Source: a virus
Taxonomy: Duplodnaviria; Caudoviricetes
Virus record (IMG/VR): IMGVR_UViG_3300038345_000144
Direction: 5' to 3' (one strand)
Length of the DNA: 64,000 nucleotides
Both the position numbers and the translations under genes were made by a program. Shown here piece by piece: positions 10,829-21,500 of the stretch (position 1 is its first letter; every line of letters starts with the position of its first letter). The notes below the pieces were generated by a model, which saw only the letters and a program-made list of their open reading frames with translations, was not told the origin of the DNA and ran no database searches.

Positions 10829-11731
10829 TTAGTCTTCTGTAAATGGTACAAAATGGTGTCCATTATAACTTGACTGTAATATCTTATCCCACCAGTCAAA
10901 GTCATCATACGCCTCTAACATAGGCTTGCTTTCTATGAAAGTGATGACATCTTTCGGTGCTCTGTCTATATACATCAAGTCTTTGGCTATTTTTCGGGTT
11001 GCTGTTAGCAAACCGTTATCAAAATTAAAGAGAGGATTAACAAATTCCCAACCATCAAGGATATATACCTGATGGGTCTTGGGATTGATATACAAGTCAT
11101 ACTTATCTAACTCCCAAGTATCAATAGCATTATACTGGAAGAGGCAGGCAAAATTCTCCATACGAGAGATAATCCACGCAACCTGCTTCGGGTCTAACTT
11201 ATTGAAAAGTGCTAACGGATAAACATTTTCAGGCTTATCATATACCACCAGACATCTTCCGTCATCAAGTTCTATCATATGACTCAACAGAGGGAAGAAC
11301 ATAGCAAGTCCCTTAATATCGGCACTCGGATAGGAAAGTCCCTGAACCCTGTTGATTGCCTTATTAGCCACCTGACTATTCTTAAAGATGATGACAACCT
11401 TTGTACTACCAACATAAACCTCTTTTTCGTGATGCTCGTACTGGTAGTAATAACGGATATTGATGGGCTTATTCTTGCTCTCTACGGTCTTTGTAAGTTC
11501 GTTATTCCACTTATGGAGAACATCACCGTCAGAGTTAGCAAGGTCGTTAGCCAACTTATCCTTTACCAACATTTCGTCTCTTGTCTTGAGATACTCTTCA
11601 AAATCCTTATCATTCAGATAGATTTTGGAACCACAAAAGGGGCAGTTCATTTCACCCCTCGAATTGATACGATACTCTGCACCGCAGTTATCGCACCGAA
11701 TATTAAATAATTTGCTTTCCATAGAACTCAC
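10829..11731 (-). CDS. zinc ribbon fused to degenerate protein-kinase-like domain
   Basis: CDNCGA...CPFCGS; VAWIISRM...YINPKTH...LDGW resembles the kinase-like partner of vWA/PurA-like operons; no clear HxD loop. Confidence 0.55.
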   Translation of the reverse strand: MSSMESKLFNIRCDNCGAEYRINSRGEMNCPFCGSKIYLNDKDFEEYLKTRDEMLVKDKLANDLANSDGDVLHKWNNELTKTVESKNKPINIRYYYQYEHHEKEVYVGSTKVVIIFKNSQVANKAINRVQGLSYPSADIKGLAMFFPLLSHMIELDDGRCLVVYDKPENVYPLALFNKLDPKQVAWIISRMENFACLFQYNAIDTWELDKYDLYINPKTHQVYILDGWEFVNPLFNFDNGLLTATRKIAKDLMYIDRAPKDVITFIESKPMLEAYDDFDWWDKILQSSYNGHHFVPFTED

Positions 11732-11801
11732 CTTTCAGTTCTTTTAATAAATATATAATATCATAATATGAAAATACTTGTAAAGCGTAAAACCAACAAA
11801 A

Positions 11802-12530
11802 TTAGTCCTTTAGAAGTCTCATAACTTCATTTATTTTGGTCATAAGGCTCTGCCAACGGTCATCAATGTATGAGAAGTCTAATACTGAAGCCCTTGCAAA
11901 TTCATCAATTCCAATACAAGGAACAGAAAACTCATCATAAAAACAATCGTTAATATATGTTTGCAGAGAAATCTCATTTTCTGGATGTTTGTCTTTATTT
12001 ACAACAATTTTTAAGAGTCGGAAAGAATTTATTGCATTTTCACACGGAGGAACTTTGTGCTGTTCAAGTGCCTCTATCCCTGATAAATAAGGGAATAACT
12101 CGGTCATTTTATACTCCTGTGAGAACACGGAGGGAATACCATACACAGTAAGAATAAAATTATCAGGGTCAAAGACCTCAAAAATCTTTCTCATATCTTG
12201 CTTAACGGCTTCTAATTCTTTATGTGCTTTATTAGTTGCTATCCAAGAAATAGGAACACAAATACCTGATATAAGCAAAAAGCCTGCGGAGACATATACC
12301 CACCAATGGTTCCAAGTATCAGACAACACACCCGTGCATATCAACACAACGATTGCTATAAAACTAAAAAACAGAAAAGCCACGACTGTTTCTCCGTTAG
12401 AACCATAGTCCTCATTGGCTTTTATATAGCGTTCTTTATACTTTTCAATAATTTTGCCTTGTAAGACATCATTAAGTATATGAGTAACTTCTTTTGATGT
12501 TACTTGCGGTCTAATTATGGTATTTTGCAT
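11802..12530 (-). CDS. two-TM membrane protein
   Basis: two hydrophobic helices then a soluble domain. Confidence 0.7.
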   Translation of the reverse strand: MQNTIIRPQVTSKEVTHILNDVLQGKIIEKYKERYIKANEDYGSNGETVVAFLFFSFIAIVVLICTGVLSDTWNHWWVYVSAGFLLISGICVPISWIATNKAHKELEAVKQDMRKIFEVFDPDNFILTVYGIPSVFSQEYKMTELFPYLSGIEALEQHKVPPCENAINSFRLLKIVVNKDKHPENEISLQTYINDCFYDEFSVPCIGIDEFARASVLDFSYIDDRWQSLMTKINEVMRLLKD

Positions 12531-12597
12531 ATAAGTTTATTCCTTTACCTTGTTAATATGAACATATTAACATAAACCTATTCAGTTAGTAAAGTTT

Positions 12598-13020
12598 TTA
12601 CGACTCATAATTTGTCCACTTATACTCGTCATAGGGAGCATACATATTCTGTTCTTGTTTAACTTTGCTGTAATATGAAGTATATACCCAGTATTGCTTG
12701 CCATACACCTCAATCATTTCAAGTTTAGGTTTGGTTGCATATTTGTTCAACTCTTCTGTTCTATACGCATTGTTATCAATAGCCAGTTTCTCAATGTTAT
12801 ATTTATCTGGGTCAAAGGTTAAATGGTGTAAAGAACTTGCTGTTATGACAATAAAAGCCGTAAGCACAAGAGCACTTACACCAAATCCTATTGTGGCTCC
12901 AACAATAGAACGATACCAACCAAACTCTAATCCTTCACCAACAAAGACAAGAGTAATACTAAAGAAAACAACGGCTAAAATACCACAAAAAATTAAAGAC
13001 AATATAATACCTGAATACAT
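12598..13020 (-). CDS. membrane protein family A (2 TM + Y.IEQMA.DYNA domain)
   Basis: YNIEKLAIDNNA...YWVY. Confidence 0.75.
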   Translation of the reverse strand: MYSGIILSLIFCGILAVVFFSITLVFVGEGLEFGWYRSIVGATIGFGVSALVLTAFIVITASSLHHLTFDPDKYNIEKLAIDNNAYRTEELNKYATKPKLEMIEVYGKQYWVYTSYYSKVKQEQNMYAPYDEYKWTNYES

Positions 13021-13023
13021 AAA

Positions 13024-13683
13024 TCACAACTCCTCAAAAAAGTGTATCGACTTAAGAGCCTCACACATCAGGTTGTCTTTTCCCCAGAAATAAAACGGTT
13101 CTTTAGCCGTATTCAAGTAATTGTTAAGGTGTTTTAGGTTACGCTTGACCCTGTTGCTTTGCTCAACAGTGTTTATTGTAGGAACAACCGCACAACCTAC
13201 GGCTACCAGTCCAACCAAGCACAGTCCCACGCCAATACCCCAAGTTGACACTTTTAAGATTTCGGCAATTATCAACAAGGCACAACCAACAAGAATGGAA
13301 AGAAAGAACAGACTAATAAGTACAAGACACGCAGTAGCCGTGTTATTTACCTTCTTACCACTGTCAGTAAGTATAAAATTTCTGGTTTCAGGACTATATT
13401 TGATGTCGTCGTTATCCCAAAAGGGCAAATATTTAGACACGATTATATCCGACTCAAAAGTTGAACCACAATTTCTACACTTGCCCGTATAATAGGTATG
13501 TGTGATGATGTCCGAATGGTCATACTCCTGCTTAATCTCAATTCCATTAGTAGCGTGGCAACACGGACATTCTGACACTTCATTTTTGACGCTTTTAATT
13601 CGCTCACCCAAGTAAGTTCTTATAAGCGTTTTCTTTGCCTCAATATCATTTCTCTCTTGTACGCCATTATGTGTTATCTTCAT
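13024..13683 (-). CDS. membrane protein family C (zinc ribbon + 2 TM)
   Basis: CPCC...CRNC; paralog of 14649..15314; start refined to MKITHN. Confidence 0.7.
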   Translation of the reverse strand: MKITHNGVQERNDIEAKKTLIRTYLGERIKSVKNEVSECPCCHATNGIEIKQEYDHSDIITHTYYTGKCRNCGSTFESDIIVSKYLPFWDNDDIKYSPETRNFILTDSGKKVNNTATACLVLISLFFLSILVGCALLIIAEILKVSTWGIGVGLCLVGLVAVGCAVVPTINTVEQSNRVKRNLKHLNNYLNTAKEPFYFWGKDNLMCEALKSIHFFEEL

Positions 13684-13693
13684 TTTTCCACTC

Positions 13694-14179
13694 TTATCCT
13701 TTACGAGATAAATAAATACTTTCAGTAGTATCATCTACATAAATACTGTAATCAGCAAAATGCACCTTATTGATTTCTACTTCTTCTCCATCAAGATAAA
13801 CGGAATATTCCATTTGTTTTTGAACTTTTTTAGTAACTTCCTTTGAATAAGCGTAATTCTGTTTATTCCACTCATCAAATTCGACCTCCCATTTATCATA
13901 TCTTATAGGATATTCCTTTTTCTCTTTAGATAGTTTATATCCATTAACGGCTCCAACAATAATACATATCACTGCTAATAAACCAAAAAAGGAACAACCT
14001 GCTAATCTTTCTACATCGTCTAATATAATACATAATAGTATTATCAAGAAAATCCAAAGAAGCGTAAAGCCTATGGCTATCATTAAAACCGTTAGATATT
14101 CAGGGCTATGGTCAATTGGTTCCCACGGTCCGTCTCTAAAGTCAGGTATTAAGTTTCTTAAAACATCTTCATTTGACAT
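13694..14179 (-). CDS. membrane protein family B (2 TM + VYLDG.EV.INK domain)
   Basis: YSVYLDGEEVEINKV...IYLSRKG. Confidence 0.75.
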   Translation of the reverse strand: MSNEDVLRNLIPDFRDGPWEPIDHSPEYLTVLMIAIGFTLLWIFLIILLCIILDDVERLAGCSFFGLLAVICIIVGAVNGYKLSKEKKEYPIRYDKWEVEFDEWNKQNYAYSKEVTKKVQKQMEYSVYLDGEEVEINKVHFADYSIYVDDTTESIYLSRKG

Positions 14180-14183
14180 AGGA

Positions 14184-14645
14184 TTACCCCTTATCACTTA
14201 AATAAATTACCTGTTCATTATCGTTAATGACCACTTTGTAGTTAGAAATAAGTATCTTATTTATATCTACTTCCTGACCGTCTAAATAAACATTATAGGT
14301 TAATCTCTGTTGTGTAACTCGTTCTCTTTCGGCTTCAAATTTGGCTTTATCATCTTCGTAGGTAGCCATTTTAGCCGTATATTCGGGTAGATAGTTATTA
14401 TAGTTTGTCTTGATTGTATTGTAGGAGACTATCATATAAACACCGACTAATATGCCTACACAAGCCAAGACATAAAAAATACCTCCATCAGTAACACGCT
14501 CTACAAAAATTCCAACAGCAATACATAATATAGCACATATAAGTGTAACTATACCCATCGTTAATCTGTCTGGATTAGGTGTAACTGGTGCAGTCGGTTC
14601 TTCAAAGTAACCATAGAGTAGAATTAACCATTCGTAATTAGTCAT
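14184..14645 (-). CDS. membrane protein family B
   Basis: YNVYLDGQEVDINKI...IYLSDKG. Confidence 0.75.
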   Translation of the reverse strand: MTNYEWLILLYGYFEEPTAPVTPNPDRLTMGIVTLICAILCIAVGIFVERVTDGGIFYVLACVGILVGVYMIVSYNTIKTNYNNYLPEYTAKMATYEDDKAKFEAERERVTQQRLTYNVYLDGQEVDINKILISNYKVVINDNEQVIYLSDKG

Positions 14646-14648
14646 TTT

Positions 14649-15314
14649 TTACTCCTCTATTGCTAAATCTACTCTTCTGCCATAGTCGAATTCATTAAGA
14701 GCAGAAACCAGATTTGCGTTCTTCTGCATAGAATAGAAGTGTGCAGGGTGATTTGTTTCTCTTTCGTTATACTCATCTACAATTTTCTGATAATAGTGCC
14801 AATTGTCAAAAATTGACCAACTATGAATACCAAGAAATATTGAAATAACAATAAAGAATATACTAATAATAGAAGAGCCAGCACTTAACCTGTTACCCAT
14901 TTCAAGTGTCTGGAAGGTCTGTGGTAAACAGAAGAATGTTACACAGGCAAGGGCAACAAAAACAAGGGTTACAATAAGAGCAAGAATACCCTTTGGAGCC
15001 TTATTAACATACTTATTGTCCTTATAAACAATGTTAGATGAATTATTAACTCCACAAGTGTAAATTGGAGAGGTCTTAAACTTGCTCTTACAGTCCTCAC
15101 AAGTACACTTAATATAGTAAGCATCAATCGCATAGGCATCATCGTCAACACGACCTGCTCCCATCTTGCGTGTAATATTCTTTGAGTGACAAATAGGACA
15201 AACCGAAGCCTCTGCTACTGCTGACTCATAACTATCTCCCAGTTCTTTTCTTATTAGGGATTTAGTTTCTGACATCTTCTGTTCTGCTTCTCTTGAATTG
15301 TATGTAATTTCCAT
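14649..15314 (-). CDS. membrane protein family C (zinc ribbon + 2 TM)
   Basis: CPICH...CEDC; start MEITYN after AGGAG. Confidence 0.7.
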   Translation of the reverse strand: MEITYNSREAEQKMSETKSLIRKELGDSYESAVAEASVCPICHSKNITRKMGAGRVDDDAYAIDAYYIKCTCEDCKSKFKTSPIYTCGVNNSSNIVYKDNKYVNKAPKGILALIVTLVFVALACVTFFCLPQTFQTLEMGNRLSAGSSIISIFFIVISIFLGIHSWSIFDNWHYYQKIVDEYNERETNHPAHFYSMQKNANLVSALNEFDYGRRVDLAIEE

Positions 15315-15328
15315 TTTGTATCTCCTTT

Positions 15329-15739
15329 TCAATTAGTTTTTTCAATAGGGTCGTTATTTAGTAAATATTCTGGACGAGGTATCGGAGTTGGTGTGGGCGA
15401 AGGGGTTTCTACATAATAGTACCAATGCTTACTACCAAAAAAATCAACTTCGTGTACGCTCGGCAAATCCTTCATACTCTCTGGGCTGGCATATTGCATT
15501 TGTGCATTATAATCCTCTGCCAAGTGTTCTATATTATATTCATCGTTTGGATAGATAGTAATTTTGGTATTTAACACAAACACCCAAAAGACTATTGATA
15601 TAACGACCACAGCACCAACTGAATAAAGAGCAACTCGATTATCACTTATAATGGCACTTGCCAATGCTAATGAAAGTCCAAGCACCGTAATTAAAACACA
15701 ACCAAGTTCTACATAAGTGGTAATATATTCAACATTCAT
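15329..15739 (-). CDS. membrane protein family A
   Basis: YNIEHLAEDYNA. Confidence 0.75.
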   Translation of the reverse strand: MNVEYITTYVELGCVLITVLGLSLALASAIISDNRVALYSVGAVVVISIVFWVFVLNTKITIYPNDEYNIEHLAEDYNAQMQYASPESMKDLPSVHEVDFFGSKHWYYYVETPSPTPTPIPRPEYLLNNDPIEKTN

Positions 15740-15741
15740 TA

Positions 15742-16116
15742 TTATGTTGTTCCTTCCGTAGTTTCTATTCTATACTGTTCGACATCTTTTGGCTCGGACG
15801 GCAGTTCATAATAAGTCCACTGTTCCATCTTACCCAAAGTCATCTTTTCCACATACGCATAATATTGGTCTGATGTTTTGCGTTCTGCTTGGTGGTCTTT
15901 AGCCATTTGTTCAATATCGTAATCATACGCCAAGTAACGGGTTGTTTTTATTGAGCCACACATACCACACGCCACTATCAGTGCAATTAGGGAAAGAATT
16001 AACGCACCACGAACTATCCATAATCCGTCATCATAGACTACAAATGAGGTAAATAATCCTACAATCAGGCATAGTAAAAAGATAACAAAAATAGTTGCAA
16101 CTAATTTTATAATCAT
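15742..16116 (-). CDS. membrane protein family A
   Basis: YDIEQMAKDHQA. Confidence 0.75.
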   Translation of the reverse strand: MIIKLVATIFVIFLLCLIVGLFTSFVVYDDGLWIVRGALILSLIALIVACGMCGSIKTTRYLAYDYDIEQMAKDHQAERKTSDQYYAYVEKMTLGKMEQWTYYELPSEPKDVEQYRIETTEGTT

Positions 16117-16466
16117 TACAGCCATCCTCGTCTCTGTGATAACATTACAGTATGATTATTTTCGTCATAAGACACTCTATAATGGTCAACATCAATGGTA
16201 TTAACATCAACTTCCTGACCGTCAAGATAGAAGGTATATTGCTCATTGATTGCCTTCTGTAAGCACAATGACTTACCTCCAAATATTAAACCAATTCCAC
16301 CAAATACCATTATTCCAGCAACAATGATTGGAAAAATGCCCTTGTCCAGTGATACCTTTCTAACGAGTGAAAAGATTAAAAGGGGGAAACCAAAAGCAAA
16401 TAAAAATACTCCAAAGTAACTTAAAAGGTTAAATGCTAACATAGTAAATAAAACGGTCCTTTCCAT
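16116..16466 (-). CDS. membrane protein family B
   Basis: YTFYLDGQEVDVNTI...VMLS. Confidence 0.75.
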   Translation of the reverse strand: MERTVLFTMLAFNLLSYFGVFLFAFGFPLLIFSLVRKVSLDKGIFPIIVAGIMVFGGIGLIFGGKSLCLQKAINEQYTFYLDGQEVDVNTIDVDHYRVSYDENNHTVMLSQRRGWL

Positions 16467-16588
16467 ATAAATATAATAAGGTAATGTAATATAACCATAT
16501 CAGAAGTGCTACGAATTTGTAAAGAGGCAGGATTGAATTATACAATGAATATATAAAACGACCCCTTGAAATATCAATTATTTGACAT

Positions 16589-16617
16589 AAAAAGCCTCCT
16601 CATAGTCGAGAAGGCTT
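16589..16617 (-). terminator. intrinsic terminator
   Basis: aagcctcctc/gagaaggctt stem with T-run on minus strand. Confidence 0.55.
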
Positions 16618-16705
16618 ATTTTCTTATACTTTTAGCAATTTACCTTGAGATAGTTTATACCGTCCCAAGTCTGTATTGATTTTGTTCGTGCTTTGGTGAT
16701 GTAAT

Positions 16706-17122
16706 TTAATCTCCCCTTAAATATTTGTCTTGTTCTGATGGTTTTCTTACAAAACATATCCACTCTTCCGAGCCATAACCCTCATAGTGAATTATATACG
16801 GCTTTTCTATATAATTGACCTCGATTATTCTCGCATTATAGTCTACTGTCATTTGCTCCACATCATACATATCACACGGATATTTTGTTTGCTTGACTGA
16901 AGCAAGATTGAAAAGCATAACTCCCAATCCGACTACAATACCTAATCCACCAAATATCAACAGAGCAGTTCCCAAAAGTGCTCCAAATTCCGAATGTGGA
17001 GAGCGTTTTAGAGCAATCATTATCTTTATTATGGTCAGCATAATCAAGAAGATAATAAGGCATATAACAAATGTCAGAAGCCCACCTGCAACCCAATTAT
17101 ACAAACGGTCATAGACGCTCAT
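16706..17122 (-). CDS. membrane protein family A
   Basis: YDVEQMTVDYNA...HYEGYGSEEW. Confidence 0.75.
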   Translation of the reverse strand: MSVYDRLYNWVAGGLLTFVICLIIFLIMLTIIKIMIALKRSPHSEFGALLGTALLIFGGLGIVVGLGVMLFNLASVKQTKYPCDMYDVEQMTVDYNARIIEVNYIEKPYIIHYEGYGSEEWICFVRKPSEQDKYLRGD

Positions 17123-17123
17123 A

Positions 17124-17543
17124 TCAACTCTCCTGTATTAAATATTGGGCTTGAGGGTCAGGCTGTCCTACATAATACACCCACTCTTCTGTTCCATATC
17201 CTTCATAATGTATTAAATAAGGATTATGCTCTCTGTCGTCTTCGATAGTTCGGGCATTATAATCAATAGCCATTTGTTCTATATCATACTTATCCGAGTA
17301 ATATCCAGTTTTGGACACCTGACGACTTGAAATAACAAGTCCTGCAAGACTAATAAATATTTCGCCTACACAAATTATACTAATAATGGTTATAGCCGAA
17401 AATACCTTATCCACATTTATAGATTTAATTGCACAAGCAAGTATCAGTCCAATAATAATGGTTAACAAACAGACCACAAATCCTGCTCCAAGTGCAATTT
17501 CCCAACCAGTCTGTATTTGAGTCAAACGGTCTAAAACACTCAT
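17124..17543 (-). CDS. membrane protein family A
   Basis: YDIEQMAIDYNA...HYEGYGTEEW. Confidence 0.75.
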   Translation of the reverse strand: MSVLDRLTQIQTGWEIALGAGFVVCLLTIIIGLILACAIKSINVDKVFSAITIISIICVGEIFISLAGLVISSRQVSKTGYYSDKYDIEQMAIDYNARTIEDDREHNPYLIHYEGYGTEEWVYYVGQPDPQAQYLIQES

Positions 17544-17545
17544 AT

Positions 17546-17971
17546 TTATACCTCCTTATCAAGTAAGAATTTTGCTTGAGGGTTTTCTTCTACTTCAAAA
17601 TAAACCCAATCGCTTTTTCCAAATCCTTCATAATATGCTATATATGACATATTACTGTCCTGATTTTGCTTATATTTAATAGTTTCTCGTTTAGCGTGAT
17701 ATTCTTCTGCCATTTGTTCCACATCATATTCAGAGGCATTATATACAGTTTTAACAACCCCAATCTTAATTATGCTATAAGCAAAAATGGAGATTAACCA
17801 AACTGCACAAAACACCCACGCTAAAACGGCTAAAACAGTTTTACCATTATAGGATTGAGGCAATTCACACAATAAAGCAAAAACAAAAAACAACAATAGT
17901 CCTATTCCAAATATAATTATCAAATAGTTTGCCACAGTTGTTACTAACTCATATGGTCCCATATTAAGCAC
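17546..17971 (-). CDS. membrane protein family A
   Basis: YDVEQMAEEYHA...YYEGFGKSDW. Confidence 0.75.
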   Translation of the reverse strand: MLNMGPYELVTTVANYLIIIFGIGLLLFFVFALLCELPQSYNGKTVLAVLAWVFCAVWLISIFAYSIIKIGVVKTVYNASEYDVEQMAEEYHAKRETIKYKQNQDSNMSYIAYYEGFGKSDWVYFEVEENPQAKFLLDKEV

Positions 17972-17980
17972 CCTTTCTTT

Positions 17981-18466
17981 TTAATTGTTGTCACCCTTTG
18001 TAGCATTATGTTCATCAATCATTTTAGCAGTATTGATGAGAATTTGCTTCAACTGGTCGTCAATCTGGTATCTCTCGGCATTTTTACTGATAGATGCTAA
18101 AAGATTTCCATTATCCTGTCTTTCAGAAGATGCCTTCCAATCGGCAAACATTTCTAAAATATCTATCAAGTTCATATCATTGACACCCTTTGGGAAGTGT
18201 TCTGGATGATGTCTGTTCTTGGCATAATGGGCATCAAGAGCCGTTTTCAAATCTTCTTTAATGCACTTATTGTAATCCTCACTGCCGTAGGTAAGTTTTG
18301 CTAACTTGTCATTGACAGAAGCAAACCCCTCGGCTTCAGGACTTTCAAGTTTAGACCTATCGTGGTCTATACCTCTTTGTGTTAGAGCATCAGTAAGTAC
18401 CTTAATGTATTTACGGACTTTCTCTATATGCTTTATTGTATCTAATTTACTTTCTGCAAGTTTCAT
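17981..18466 (-). CDS. DUF5662-like HD-fold protein
   Basis: H...V, HDRSK, HY..NRHHPEHF, EMFADW motifs. Confidence 0.75.
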   Translation of the reverse strand: MKLAESKLDTIKHIEKVRKYIKVLTDALTQRGIDHDRSKLESPEAEGFASVNDKLAKLTYGSEDYNKCIKEDLKTALDAHYAKNRHHPEHFPKGVNDMNLIDILEMFADWKASSERQDNGNLLASISKNAERYQIDDQLKQILINTAKMIDEHNATKGDNN

Positions 18467-18545
18467 AATTGAATTACCTCCAATTTAGAAATTATAGTAT
18501 TATACACTTACCAAAGGTAAATGCAATACCTAAAATTCACAACTT

Positions 18546-21500
18546 TTACTCTGGTAATTCGTTAACAACAACCGTACCTGACTTGAAGTAAATAATGTGT
18601 CTCTGACCATTTTCGTCATCGAACATAATTCTTTCATCAGAATATTCAATATCAAACTTACCCCTGTATTCTGCAAGGAGGTCGCCGTCCATATCATATA
18701 CCATAACTTCTCTTGTGATACCACCGTTGAAGTTGGAGTCCTGTGTCTTCAAGGCTCTCTTACCTTCTTCCGTGCCTGTGTACCACCAGTTACCAAATAC
18801 CCAAATACCTGCAATAATAGCCATACCAACGGCTACAACTCCTAATGCACCAATCTTATAGTCATTATCCATAAGAGAGTATGCAATCAAACCTGCAATA
18901 ACAAGAACTACGAGTGTTCCTAAAATACAAAGAATTATACCACCAACTGTCATTTCTTTTCTGCTCCTTTCAGGCTGTTAATACAACCCTCAATAATTGT
19001 CTTAAATTCTTCTTTTGTAATGTCGTGAGAGCAATAAGCGTCTCTCAAAGCGTATTTATACCAACTCATCGTAAAGTTATTAGGCTTAAACTCAAAGTTG
19101 GGTAATGCCATAATCTTTTCATCTTCGCCCCAGTAATAGGGTCTGATGATAAATGTTTCGTTCTCAAACGGCTCTGCGTGGCACTCCATATTGAGTTCAT
19201 CAAGAAGTTTTGAGAATATCTTTTCCCAACCTCTTCTATCCTCGATATAGAAGTTTCCTCGGCTATGACCAAAGAGAAGATTACCCAGTTCAAGGGTTTC
19301 CGTTGACATCTGTTTCATTTTTTACCTCCGAAATGCCCCAACAAAGGCAGTGTTTAATAACAAGGTCTTTAATTTCCTCGTCCGACATATGTTCTATCTG
19401 TTCGGCTCTTTCATAACTGCCTGATGCCACGATAAGCGACATTCTGGCGTTATCAATGTTAATGTCAATTGTTGTCCTCATTAACAGGTTCCTTTCTGCT
19501 TACTGTGAATTTAGCGTTAGGATAGCAGGAATAACCATAGGCTGTCGGTTCGCTTAAATCCGCATTAAGAATATCTGCAATCAATTCTGCGTTGGACCTG
19601 ATGTTGCACATACAAATCATATCAGGATTGCCGATTTCATATACGGCATAGTCGCAGACAATTGGCTTAACAAAATATCTACTCATTTTACTTTTCCTCG
19701 TCCTTAATGTACTTAAAATACAAATCCTTTAACCTCTGACCCTTTTCTTCAGGGATAGGTGTAGGGTGGATTAACTTTTTTTCAATCGGAGACTGTGGTT
19801 TCTGCTTAATTTCATCACCCGTCCACATCTGCAATTCCTTTGCAATAGAGAAACCAGGCGGGATTGGTACAGGTGAAATATTTTCAGACTTATTTTTATC
19901 CAGTCTTACCGATGTGTTTGTATTTTCACTCATCTTTCGCTCTCCTCTACTTCGTTTGCATTTGCCATTTGGCGTATAGTTTCCTGACAACCCTCGGCTG
20001 ATGACTTATAAATGTTCATCTTCTTCGTATAGTATTCAGTAAATATCTTCTTTGCCTTATCCACATCCTTTTCCAAAAGATATACATAAGGAAACCACTG
20101 AAGAATAGTCTGAATTGTGCCAATATGAACAGTATCAATTATAGTCTTATGATAAGGCTTTATAATACGCATAGGGTTATCTTCAACCACATACTGATAG
20201 TCGCTGTTAAGAAACTTCTTTGTTTGTTCATCAATAGGTACTCTGATATATGGTACTTCCTTAACCAACCACTTATTTTCATAGTAATAAAAACGATAAA
20301 GTGTACCTACCTCATCAATCGTTGTGTTAAACAAACAGGGGAGTTCCCAACGATGTAAAGTATCGCCTGCCTTAATTCCTGCAAGGGTTTTTCTTTCTTC
20401 GTTTACCATATTATGACCCCTTCTTTGAAACTTCTACATTAGACAGATAGACCATTGTTCCATCTTTTTTCTCTAATGATATGGTATTTCTGTATCGGTG
20501 AATGAGTACATCATCATACTCTACATAAGTGTCTGTTTCTACAAAGTGAACGGTAACATCGTAATACTTCGGAGGTATTCCCGACATTATCCCACCAACT
20601 AACCAGAACATAGCAAGAAAACAACAGACAACCCTCATTCCCAAACTGTCGGATAAGAATATTCCGATAAAGAACAATATGGCAAGCAATAAGCACAGTA
20701 TGAGAACTACAACCTTAACAGTTACCATTACTTATCTCCCTTCTCGCTCTGACGGTATGCCTGAAGTTCCTTGAGCCAAGATAACATCTGACCATACTCT
20801 TCGACATTTCCCTCCAGAGTACCGATAATCATTCTGTCGGCAATACTTGAGCAACCTTCTGCCTTTCTTTCAGCAAGACCCTTGCTTGCTTCCTTAAACT
20901 TTGTTTCGTACTTCTGAATTGTACCCTCTAAAGTCATTTTCTTACCTCTTCCTTTATTAAAAATCGTGACCACCACGGCTCCTTGAGTCATTTGTGGGGG
21001 AACCGCCCAAGCCTCCGATAAAATCAACTATAATTGCAATTAGGATAACTATTCCTATACCAGCCACTACCTTAAGCATTTGTATCAACCTCCTCTACAT
21101 CAATTGTTGCATTGACAATTTGAATATGATGACCGTCATTTGTAATGACCGTTCTATCGCCGTTCTTACCATACAATAACTGGGCATCTTCATAGCATAC
21201 AGTTGTATTTGTATCTTCAAAATGCACCGTAATATTCTGCTTTTGAGCCAGCATACCATAGAAATCAAGTACGCCCATAGTTACGATAAATATAGCAAGT
21301 ACACCGCCAAGAAATCTCATTACAATCGCTCCTGACTTGTCGTTGGGGTTATCGGAAAACAGAAATTCGATTATCTCATTCAGTTTAACGATACCAACAT
21401 AAACGCCAAAAGCGAAAACAACCATTAAAATAAGTCCTACAATTCTCATTTTCTTATCCCTCCACCCTATACTGGTCTACTGAAACTTCGTCAAGGGGTA

